Assembly (NCBI GenBank): GCA_051362555.1
Contig: CM120640.1
Span: forward strand, 59,870,788-59,934,787
Source: Lingula anatina
Lineage: Eukaryota > Animalia > Brachiopoda
Direction: 5' to 3'
DNA: 64,000 nucleotides
Positions 27,801 through 39,800 of this stretch are shown piece by piece. How positions within the stretch are numbered: the stretch's first letter is position 1; each line of letters opens with the position of its first letter. Under the pieces are notes generated by a model. The model was not told the DNA's origin, searched no databases, and saw only the letters and a program-made list of their open reading frames with translations. The position numbers were made by a program, and so were the translations under genes.

Positions 27801-30800
27801 ATTAATTAAATGCTTGTAATGTTTACTGGTACAAATATATGTAAAATTTGACTGTATTTGGTTTTTAAGATAAAGGATGGTAACATTTGACCATATTTGG
27901 TGTTTAAGGTACACATATAAAAAGGTGTTGTTAACCCATTTGTAAGGCATGAAAGAAAAGGCACACACACAGAGAAAGATTAAAAAATTGATGATAACTA
28001 ACCTTATTTTCTTTTCTTTTACAGTTCCCAAAGCCCAAGCCATTTTGTACAGTCAAATGCCTTTTTACTTGAACAACATGGTGGACAATCAAGATGTCAT
28101 AGCCACCATTGAGGAAATTCGTAAAATTTGTGACTCTTACACAAACAATGGACTAGCAGTTTACCCATCAGGAATACCATTTACATTCTGGGAGCAGTAT
28201 TTGCATCTTCGTTTCTACCTCTTATTGGCTCTGATCTGTGTCCTGGGGGTAACTTTTCTGGTGATCACCCTGGTTTTGATGAACCCCTGGGCAGGATTTA
28301 TGGTGGTAAGATAATATTAAGTGTAGAAGACAATACTTATAATATTTACTGTATTGCTAGACTTATGTTTCACAAGCAGACAAACATTATGTAACCACGC
28401 ACTGCTGGAGGATGTAGGTTTAAAACATACACATATATCTCAATATCAATGCTGAGATGGGATGTGATAGCTTTGGTCACTGCAGTAACCCAGACTGGCA
28501 GTCTAGTCTTGTCTTGTGACCTAACATCCAGCTCACTTGATAAATACCACACAGCACATGACTCTCCACAGTACTGATCTAGACCTCTTTTCATGAGGAG
28601 ACCACTTGATTGGTTATTTATGCATGGGCATGAAGTCAAAAGTGATCCACTTGGGTGGGAGTCCTGTGTGTCATCTGTTAAGTCCAGGGCTTATACAAAA
28701 ACGCTCAGCACGTTAAGTCATGTTGGTTTGATTTGATTTGTTAGGGAATCGTCGTCGCTTGATAAAGAAGCAATATTGGAATTGTTCTTAACAAAAGAGA
28801 AATAGATATTATGTAATAGATACTTTTAAAAGCATAAAAGTAAAACTTATATTACCATACCAGTTAGCAGTGTGACAATATGACTGATGTCCATGGGCAT
28901 TCCTCACTAGCAGGATTAAGTACAGTTTTGTACTGTCGAAAAAGTAGTTGACATGCACACTTGTCACTAATGGATAGCATAATGTGTTCTCACTGCGAGT
29001 TAATATATTGTGTGTGGTCCCATGTCAAAGCCGCAGTCACTGGTCAGTTCAAAAAGTAGTTCTCACTGGGAGAGATGACCCCAGGCTGACCACAGGGTTA
29101 GCACTATGGTAGACCACCAGCCATTTGTGCCAGACTGGATTTTTTTTTTTTTTCGTAATGAAAAGTATCAAATTATTAAAAACCCACTAAGTGATGGTAA
29201 TTTGGTCACACCAAAATGCTGTTGTCTCAGCAGGCCAACTCATTCCTCAACCTTGCCATCCTCGACCACACACATTGGTTAGTTTCCTTGTCTCATATGT
29301 GCTGCCATCTTGTCATATGCCACACAAACTGAGAGCTTGAATGAAAAGAAAATTAAATATAATATGACACTTTGTGCTCCGTATATACTTTGCTCAGCAA
29401 AAAAAAAAAAATTGTCAAAAGTTAAAAAAATGGATTATCATCTGAGATATGTTAAATTGAAGAAAAGACATTGAATATGCCTTTCCCTTTATATAATGTA
29501 TATGATACAATTTTTAGATGTTTCTGGATTTTTCAGGTGATGGTGCTGGCCATGATAGTAGTGGAACTTTTTGGTTTCATGGGTCTGATTGGAATCAAGC
29601 TCAGTGCCATCCCTGCTGTCATTCTCATTGTGTCGGTGGGCATTGGAGTGGAGTTCACTGTGCACATATGTGTGGTAAGTTTACTGACTTTATATTAACA
29701 CAATTGAATAGAAAACAGGTGATTATAGAGTTAAACATTTTTATAAGTATATATTGTGGTCTCTATGCTCATGTTGCATCTGTTTTTTGTAGCATGATGA
29801 ATAAATTTTGTTAAATTAATTTATAAATCCAATCTACATAAAAGAGTCATTGTATTTTTAGGGTTTCATCACTGCCATAGGAAGCCGTAACCGGCGTATG
29901 CGTATTGCATTGGAGCATATGTTTGCACCAGTGATTCATGGGGCCATATCTACTCTGCTGGGTGTGGCCATGTTGGTGGGATCAGAGTTTGACTTCATTG
30001 TTAGGTGAGTGGAGAACTGGGGGCAGGAGAGACAAAGTTTTGTGCTTTAGATTTGATAGGAGTTCACTTCTGTATGTTTAAAAGAAGTGAGTGTGAATAA
30101 ATTCATGTGTCCTAGAGTTCATGCTGTTGAATAAAGAAAAATATCATGGTAAATATGTAAAAGGAAGTTATCACCTGCATCAAGGTTTTAACTAAAAGAA
30201 TGTCGAATGTGATAGACCTTTTGTATGTGGTGGTGTTCTCCAATGTAAGCTAGTCTATTTTGGAGTGAAAAGGTGATAACCACACGATGCTGTAGTTATT
30301 AGAGCAGAAAGAGACCACCCAGGCAGGAGTGTGTTGTGTTCAGGTGATAAAAAAAGAACTGCAGTTTATGATCTGTTTTATGTGAACCATGCAGGCGTAC
30401 CTCATCTTTAAAATTGTTGAAGTTCATAGTTCAAAGCTCATTTTATAACTTCAGGTTTGGGTAAACCTGCCACAATCTTTTTTGTCATTTTTATGAGCAC
30501 GCATATTTTTTATGTCATCTCCCAGCTGCGAATCTTTGGGAGGTTGTCATATTTTATAGTAGTTAAAACTGCACCCAGATTTTGCTGCATCCTGGACATT
30601 AAGCAAATAATAATTTATCACTTGGTGAAACACACTGACAAGTGTTATTTGCTCAGTACAGGAATTTTAAGAATTGAGGAGAAATTTTAAAAATGGGTGA
30701 TTCAAAATATGTAAAAACTTTGTGTTTGCTGGCAACTTGTAATTTTTAGTATTAAAGTTTAACACTTAGGAATAAATAACTTGAAGAAAAGATGGAACAG

Positions 30801-33525
30801 GTATTGTTGTACTTAGATATGACATATTTTACATAACAGATAGTATGATGCATTTTATTGAAGCCATTACGAAAGTAATGATAAGTAATATGGCACTGGT
30901 AGCAAATACGTTGAAGGGGTTCTGTTGATTTTGTATTTATGCGATAAAAAGTTCAACAGTCTTCCTATATTCATCTCAGATTTGCCAAAGAAAGCAGTGG
31001 GTTGCTAGGTGCATTTATTGAGATCCAAGGCATTTTATTGAGAGCAGACTTCTCAGATTATGTCTGCCAAGGTATCTTAGTGAGAGGACAATTATGTATA
31101 TAACTGCAAACAAAAAGAGACTTAGGAACATGCCAGTTAAAGGTGTGTGTTTGTGACGAAAATCTGGGAAATTTATGACAACAGTAGATTGACTGAAGCC
31201 ACAAAACTTCCTGAAAGCCACAAAGCTGGTACTGTTTAGGAATTAGTGCAGTAGACTCTGTTTATTACCACCAAATATGCTGGAGCTGGAGCATAAGCTT
31301 GCTGTCATTAGTAAATACATATATAGTGTAAATTCTGCTGCAGTAGCTGAGAGCTGGATTTTTCTGGTGTTTATGTTGCATGTTTTCTGATGAGCTGGGC
31401 TGTGTATAGTGTTCTGTGTGGTCTGTGTGCTGGTGAGATAGGCAGTAGTGCCAGCTACACAAATAAACCCCAGAGGTCAGCAAAAATGGAGGGAGAGGGT
31501 ATGGCGAGCATCAGTGTCAGCTGATGTTTAGACAAGTGGTAATACTAGATTTCTGCTTATAGTTGTGGATGTTTTTGCAAGCTTGGTTATGGGTACTTAA
31601 GTCCCAATGGAAACTAAACTTGGCCAGGACCAAGACTTTTCCAATGTATTTATTAAATATACAGAGGAAGGGCCTTTACTTTTATGAAATGTCACACAGT
31701 GGGGTATAGGGCATCAATCCACACCTAGAGCTCTATATGGAGAGGTAGTAAAATTCACTTAAAACTGCACCCTTTGCCACAATGAGGAGTTTCAAGATCA
31801 TTGAAAAAACTGCTGCTTTTATACAGTCAAGAATAGGCACCCAAATAAAACAATTTAAAATGAAAAATGTCACATCTGCAGGGAGGCTTGATTTGCTGAA
31901 GATGTACAGAGCTGGCACCTTATATAATAAAAGTGCCAGGGGATTTCATTACAACATCAGGCATTTAACATATTTCAACAGGACAGTTACATTCTTTTTT
32001 GTTGACCTCATTAAAAATAAAGAAACTATAGAAGTTGAGGAGACCCAATTATGATTGTATCCTTCATTATGATCTTTTTTGTTTCAGGTATTTTTTCAAT
32101 GTGCTGACTGCGCTGGTTGTGCTAGGTGTGCTGAATGGACTGATATTGCTGCCAGTGCTGCTCTCAATATTTGGACCTAAGGGAGAGGTGAGAGGTTTTG
32201 AGTAATAATTTTAACAGTTGCCACTGCTTTTAAAATGTCAGTTCTACACAGTTATTTCACACATTTGACCTCGTGTCTTGTACAAATTGTGTTGATGTTA
32301 AAGAAAATGTGCAAAAATCCATACCATGACAATTAAAGAATTTCCTGCAATATATAGCACAGTGCAGGGAGTTACTAAGAAAGAGCCTTTACAAATATTA
32401 AAAGTCATAGAGTTTAACTATTTTGAACATTAGTTGGCAACTAATTTCACTTTGAATTTGTATTTTTAGGTTCAACCTAAAGACAATCCAGATAGATTAT
32501 CCACCCCAACCCCAGAAGCCACACCCCCACCCCAGCGTCCCCCTCGTGCCCTCAGTCGCAGGGTGTATCCAAGAATGCCTTCAGACATATCACTTACCAC
32601 TATATCCGAAGAACCTACGCAGTATTCATCACATGAGATCATAGTTTCACCAGAAGTGGTTGTAGAGACGACCATTGGGGCAGATTCAGGGACCCCAGCT
32701 TCTTGTAGTAGTACTTCAAGTAGCAGTAGTAATAAAAATGTAAGTAGATAATATGGTGGATTGAAATGTAATTATTCTCAAACTTTCCATATTTATATTA
32801 TGGTTCACTTTTATAATGTGGTAAGGAAAAATAGCTTGAATGACAACATTTAACCACTGAGATCTCCATAGAGCTGAAGATATTTAGCATTTTCCTATAT
32901 ATAAGAATGTTTGAAGTTGGATGTATATTACGGTATGCTGTAAAACTAGATGTTCCATTGTTGAATTCCAGAACACTTCTTCATTACCCCAGTCTTCACA
33001 GGGTATCCGCCATGTCACTACTGTGAGGACGAAAGCTACAGTAAAAGTAGAAGTACATCATCCTGTACCAGGTAAGCTACAGTAACAGCATTATCCAGTT
33101 ACAGTGAAGGAACATCATAACACTGATACAATACCAACATTAAGCACTGGGTTAACTTATACTGCATTGTGCCCATTATTTGTTGGTTAGTTGCATTCAG
33201 TTTTACATCAAGGATGAAAAGTGTAGCCATTTTCTCCTGTGTTAATGCAATAACTGTCTAAATTGTGTGATAAGGCATCCTGAATGGATAAATTAGGGAA
33301 TGATATAGAGATGATGATTAACAATTCTGCCCCTTATAAGGAGTGTATTGTTATATAAAGGTGATTGTGATAAATAATGATTATGGAAGGTGGGATAGGG
33401 ATGTGTTAAGAAAAACCTTTTGTCATGTTTCAGGTACAGTAGACCAAGAACACAGTTACAAAAGTAAAAGAAGGAAGTTAAAGGAATTGGAAGGGTCAGA
33501 TTCTGATTCAAGCAACAAGTCATAA
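1974..33525 (+). CDS. ptc: Patched, Hedgehog receptor (12-TM RND/sterol-sensing-domain protein), 27 coding exons, ~1298 aa
   Basis: Exons, all GT-AG with consistent phase: 1974-2078, 4142-4334, 11229-11415, 12986-13055, 13332-13432, 15018-15135, 15609-15701, 15885-16006, 17204-17351, 17557-17688, 17975-18133, 19837-19935, 21623-21748, 23107-23225, 23442-23644, 23913-24076, 24318-24491, 25012-25150, 27311-27456, 27615-27789, 28025-28305, 29537-29674, 29862-30004, 32088-32187, 32470-32739, 32972-33071, 33434-33525. Total 3897 nt. Patched hallmark motifs: [74 protein letters not shown] (SSD GxxDD), [52 protein letters not shown]. Confidence 0.97.
11556..11791. mobile_element. Palindromic (foldback) MITE, PIF/Harbinger-like, right end truncated
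   Basis: Arms of ~100 bp are inverted complements around a centre at ~11680-11695. It starts GGCTTCATTCACATG after TAA and is CpG-rich relative to the intron. A sibling copy lies at 44228-44338. Confidence 0.8.
13256..13264 (+). promoter_or_regulatory. Perfect Gli/Ci site in ptc intron 4
   Basis: TGGGTGGTC exact consensus. Confidence 0.6.
15761..15846. repeat. (TG)43 microsatellite in ptc intron 7
   Basis: Pure TG dinucleotide run making up about half of a 183-nt intron. Confidence 0.97.
22241..22249 (+). promoter_or_regulatory. Perfect Gli/Ci site in ptc intron 13
   Basis: TGGGTGGTC exact consensus. Confidence 0.6.
30313..30321 (+). promoter_or_regulatory. Perfect Gli/Ci site in ptc intron 23
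   Basis: GACCACCCA exact consensus. Confidence 0.6.
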
Positions 33526-34419
33526 CAGTAAGTAAGATTATTAAATGGAAGTCTTTAAGGACCAAAAAAACATTCAAGCACAGATTTAGAATCTGGAAAA
33601 TAAAAAATCAGATAACCATTTTAAGAGAGTACATAGTTCTTGTTTCAATTTCCCTCCAAATTGACAGAGTCTGGCAGAGACGGGTTCCCCAGTGATGTTT
33701 ATGTTTTCATGACTAATGAAAACAAGACAGAACAAGCTCAGCTTGGTTGCAGTCGTGATTTCTATTACTTAAATGTCTTAGTAATTGTTATTACAAAATA
33801 TTGGATGTCTTTCCAAAGCATCTGTTCAAATAATGGAACATGTCTAGAGATGTGTCTAGAGATGTCCTGGGTTTATTTGCCTGGAAGCTAGATAAAGGTG
33901 TGAAAGTAACCTGTGCCTACACACAAATTTAACATCTCCCAAGGCTAAAATGGTGTTAAGGATGTAGAATTATCAAGTGCATGTTGCCCTTTGAGTGACA
34001 GTTAAATGCATGGGAATTTTTATTTATGTTTTAAAAAGCTTCACGTAAAAAGGGATAATCACAAACACCTTGTGAATCTTGATTAAATCCAACTGGATGA
34101 TAGTAAAAAGATTTCCAGACAGATTTATAAGATTTTGTTTTGTTATTTCAGGTTGTTTGAGCAGTGTCTGATGTCACACCATCCATTTACCACTCTTTGG
34201 TGCTGGACCTCACAGTGAAAGCAATATTCTTTGTGTATGGACTTAATTTAATTTTTATATAGGTTGTTATGTGTAATTTAATGTCCTTGTTTTATACAGA
34301 AGTGTATATACACAGATGCTATATATCTGTTTGTACAGTGTATTGTATTATGTAAGCTGAAAGAGGGCATCAGTTGTGTGTCAGCTGATTTAACTAGTTC
34401 CCAGGTACCAATACAGGAA

Positions 34420-34600
34420 TGTAAAATACTCGTGTGTTAACTGTAATATACTCATGTGTATTAACTGTTACATACTGGTGTGTATTAACTGTTGCTTATT
34501 CATGTGAATTAAGTGTTAAATACTCAAGTGTGTATGTAGTGTTTCCACATTGTAAAATACTCATGTATGAAGTATCAAGTACTGTCAAATACTCAGTACT
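34420..34600 (+). repeat. Degenerate ~22-24 nt tandem repeat in the predicted ptc 3' UTR with repeated AATACTCA core
   Basis: Units such as tgtaaaatactcgtgtgttaac / tgtaatatactcatgtgtattaac / tgttacatactggtgtgtattaac / tgttaaatactcaagtgtg. Confidence 0.75.
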
Positions 34601-36823
34601 TTGAGGTTTATTGACCACTAAGTATTTATTTGTCAATGGGATATGAATAGGTAGCATGGTGAATGTTGCCATATTTTTATCTGGTCTCTTTTCATAGAGA
34701 TTATTTTATTTTTGTTATATTTGTATAGTTTTCATAGATTCATAAGATTTAGTTTTACTTTATGGTACCAGTAGCATCATCATCATAGTTTTTTTTTACA
34801 CATATTTTATGTCATAATATAAGTGGCTCGTCTTGAGTAATGCCACCCAGTGAGCCAGCTGCAGTGCTGCATTGTCAGTTTGACTAAGGTGTGGCTAAGA
34901 CATGTTTTACATGTACATTATATTTTAAATGTATACTTATGTAAATTCAAACTGAAATCACCATTTTAATAATTAAGTCTTGTTGGCACATAGCCAACTC
35001 TGTGTGTAATATCACTTGTTGTATTATGAGCAGCACTGCCCTATGACAGTGTGTCCGGTTGGAGTAGATGGACCACCTTTGTGTTCACTGGGGGGCACCC
35101 ATAGTTTAAGTAGAATGGGTTGTGCCTTGTTTTGATTAGGGGCACCCATATTTACGAGTAGAACGGGTTGTATTATTATTGTTGTTATTATTTATAGTAT
35201 GAAATGTGTGGCTGATCACACAGCTGCAATCAAACTCTGTAGTCAGTGAAACAAAGTTCTCTGTATTTGCATAAATTTTTTTTCAAATATTTTTATAGTT
35301 GCCTTCTATAGTTGATTTCATGCCCCAAGATTTTACAGAAGAAAGTTGAAAAACCTCCAGAATCCTTGTAATTACACTTTAATATATTTACATTGTGTAC
35401 AAACTCTGAGACTGTGATAGCAGAAAGTCAGAATATGGAAAAAGTAATTATGCTAGTATTTTAGCCATGCAGATCACCAGACAGATGGTGTCACTTGCAG
35501 TTTGCCATCTTGTCTTAGGATTTAGCATAACAAGTACTGGTGTAGGAGCAGAAGGTATTGGTTATGTGTTCACCCATCAATTCATTTTAACTATGCAAAA
35601 AAGACGAATGATAAAATAAAAATATTTTATGAATATGAAATGTTCTTAAGTTTCTTATTGTTTGTGGATATTTCACCATGTGAAACCTATGGCCCTGTAG
35701 GACAGGCTGTCAAGAGAACATGGACTAATTAGAAGTTGTAAATACCCCTTTGCAGTTGCTATCGGTTTCTCTGGTAAAATAATAGAATAAGTGTGCACAA
35801 AAAGATTTGAATAGTACTTGGTCCTGGTTTCCCACCAAGTAAGTGTTTCTAAGCAAATAGTGATTAAGACAACTGTTACAGAAGCTTGCCAAGCCCTGCA
35901 GGGAAATCTCATTCTAAACTATTGTCTGCCTTGTAAACACAGCAGTCTTATAATGAAGTGAAACATATACCATGTCACTGAACATCGCACTTTTTAACAA
36001 CTTCCTCTTGAAGACTCTGCCTCAGCCCACCAAAGCAAAAAATAAAAAGAATTAAAATTGCACGTGAAGGGTGACATGGTGTATCTTGAGATTGACAGAT
36101 TGAAGGCAACCATGGTTGCTCTTTTATCTAGAAAATGGAACAGCAATTCATTCAGAACATTTGAATTGTACGCTTTGAAAAAGAAGAAGGTTTTTATTGG
36201 ACATAGGATAACATTTAAACAGATTTTTTGTTAAGACCAATTCAACAATTTTAACATGATTTCATGTTTGGTTATAAAGAATTGTTGGAATAAACCCTGT
36301 AAAAGGTTTCCCTGATCATGGCCGAAAGTGTGATACCATATTCTGACCTTTTTTTCTCTAAAACGAAACTTATCATTGTTATTGTACTATGGAAAAAGTT
36401 TTCACAAAAGCTTAATTCAAACAGCGATCAGACAGTATGTAGTCATGTCATGAAAAATATTTAAGTCCTCTATTTTCAATTAAGAGAAGTATGGAAGAAC
36501 AGGTTTTATGTACTGACATTTCACATAGCCTCCAATTATAAATAACTGAATCTTAAACACCAATGATACGGAATTTTTGCAGCCTTAGTTTACCAAAATG
36601 ACATTTATGCAACAGACCATTTACCAATCTCAGAAAAAATGGAAATATCCTAGAATAAGTTTCTAAATATATATAATACATCTAGAACTGCAGACATCAT
36701 CTTGAATGAGTACACAGAGTAAGTTCTTTGTGTCATTTATTGACTATTGTAGAAAATTCCTGTTCAGAGCCTTACAATCACTCCTGAAGGAAATCTATTG
36801 AGTCAGTTCCCAGCATCGACACC

Positions 36824-39800
36824 TCAGTCCAAGGACAATCCTTTGCTGATCAGGAAGGCCTCTTGGGTTGGTTCTCTGCCCAGGAAATTTTTCAGTAACA
36901 CATCACCATCCTAGTAAACAAAAATATATATTACAATATTTGTTCTAGTTAGAGATCAATCAAGAGCCAATTCAAACTGTTAACCTCAACCAATTTTTAA
37001 AATAAATGACAAGATTGCATTATTGAAATGTTTTTTAAAATTCAACATCAGAAAAATGGGGTACTAGTAATTTACCAATGATGCCACAAGTAAGTTGATT
37101 TGATGAAATTATCTAGTTCAGTCTAAACTTACAACAGAGCCACCTGGTTTGAGTATATAGTTCCTGTAGTCCATGCCAACTTTGGGGTTCATTATGCCTT
37201 CCTTCTTGAAGCGAGAGTGGAACATGTCCATGCTGAACACCTCACTCCACTAAAACAACAAAAAACTTGAACTGATACAGTTTTCAAATTTTACTCTAAA
37301 TAATTAATTAGCATAGCTCATTTATCAATAAATATAGAACAACCATGTGAAAATCATGATTTATAAATTTTTAAGCTGATATGTGAAGAAAGGTTCTATA
37401 ATGTGCTAACGGGCTTCTCTAAAGCAGTGCAAATCTGTATAGTTTCCCTCTGCAACATTAGGGTGCCCTTGTCACAGCCCACTAGAGCTTCAACTTTTTG
37501 AACCTTATAATTCAATAATACAGAGTATACATTTTATAGCAATAAGGACAACATCTGCAGAAGACAATACGCACCATGTAGCCATAATACTGTGCATCAT
37601 AGCCATCTGCCAAATGGCCAAAAGCTGCAGGCATGTTAGTACCTGGAGTGGAGGGAATGTTCATGATTTCCTGAGTCAGTTCTGCAAATAACGTTGCAGT
37701 ATCTGCCTAAAAGGAAATAAGAAGGTATTTTAATATCAAGATAACTGATTAAAAATTAGCAAGAATGTAAGACTGATATTAGTGAACAAGTCTTAAGAGA
37801 ACAATTGTCTATAATATACTATATTAAATTTTCAGCCTATAAAAACAATTCAATGAACTGCAATATATGAAGTAACAATGAGAAAATATTTTCTGTCAAA
37901 GCTTTGCAAATGCATATTTTAGGGTGTAAAACCTAGCAACTATCAACATGTACCTTTGCACGGGTGTGGATATTTTGATCAAATGTTGCCAATGCAATCT
38001 GCCTAAGATTGAAAATGCCAGCATTTGCTTTACGGGACTTGGTAAGTTTTTCCATAAGGTCATCTGGAATGGGACTGTTGTCCTTGTAATGAGCAGACAT
38101 GCGCTGCAAAGGTTCCTTCTCCCAGCACCAATTCTCCAACATCTGTGATGGTGCCTCCACAAAATCACGTTCCACACTAGTGCCACTAGCAATGGTAAAA
38201 TTTACTTCTTTATTGTAAATTCAATACAATAGCTTCTGTCCAGCTTTGTCTGTTTCACAATTATTTCAAGCAGAGATTTAGTTCACTGTGCCTCTTTAAC
38301 CATATGCAACTAATTGCTACAATATATCATTTGTTTTTATGTTTTTATGGACAGCTTACCTGAACATTTTGAAGTCTGCTTTAGCACAAAGCTGGTGCAT
38401 TACATGACCAAACTCGTGAAAGAAAGTTTCTACCTAAAACAGAAATACCAACAGTTATCCTACCTGAACATGACAAAGTCAGCCTGTCCACATATATCAT
38501 GCATCACATGACCAAACTCATGGAAATATGTCTCCACCTGAGAACACAGAACACATAAATGTCTTAGTTGTTCTCCCTTCTGGTCATCAATATGTAGGAT
38601 GGCATATTCTCAAGCTTTAGTGAATGTTTTATCTTTTGACTTCAATTTAACAAGTCATCAGAAAAAAAACTACTATTTTACAAACTGTGGCGTTGTTGAG
38701 ATGCTATATTGACCAATATTAATTGACAAATATTCTATCAGAACCATGGCTTCAGCAAACATGCATGACAAAACTGCCTCAGACACATAATTATAATTCA
38801 TTTTTGAAGAAAGGAATTGATTTGTGTAATCAACGTGTCACTTCACAACTTGTGTTCATCGAAACATAATGTTGGCATTATCAATGAATGGACACTTCTT
38901 TCACCATTTGATAAAATGAAATGTTGGTGCATTTTTGGTTAGCATAACCATAACATGAATGAGGCAACTAATAATGCTTTTTTTCTAGAGTACATCTTTA
39001 CCTCATCATGCTCAAGTAAAGATGGCTGATCTTGGGTTGGTTTTGTAAAGTTTGCTACCATGGCAGCCACTGCTACCTGACGTTTGCCATCTCCACCCAT
39101 ACAACCAGCCTAAGGGGAAAACAGAGAACAAAAAACATTTCACTTTGTATAAAGACAGACCAATACAGACAAGCCTGAAAGAGTGTGAATTATCAGAATG
39201 GTAATGAAAGGATAAATTTGCCAAAGTATAAAAATCTTAAAAGGACTAATGAACATGAAAGTTCATAAATAACTAAAACATTTCCATATTTACACAGATG
39301 CACTTATTCCTATCAATCTTTGTAACAGTTGTCTTCACCTGAAGTCCAAAGCATGCAGCATGGCCAAACTTTCCATCCCTAGGAAACAAGTCAAGGTAGA
39401 AATAACCAAGCAGATCTCCACTTGCACTGTCCTTCACACTGTACTGTAAATACAAAGACATAAATAAATCAGAGACTTTCTACTTATATTGTTTTTTGCA
39501 CTACACTGTCCCATCTTTAAGTGCACCTTGTTTGCTTGTTAAAGAATTCAACGATACACTTTGCTTAGAAAAATTTTTATGTACTGACTCTGTTTGTGTC
39601 TCAAAACCTAACTGTTTAAAGAGACTGACTTATAGGAAAATAATAAAAACATATCTTTTACCATTTTGACATCTTCATGCCAAACCTTGGGGTTGGGGAT
39701 TTCTTCAAACTTCAAGCAAAGTAGCTCCTGTAAGAAAAGATATATATATATTTTAAAAATATTTAAAAAATCACATATCCAAATGTATAGATTATCTCAT

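Noticed and set aside
34420-34600. Repeat-spacer pattern as a CRISPR array
   Set aside because: Eukaryotic context, degenerate adjacent units, no unique spacers and no cas genes.
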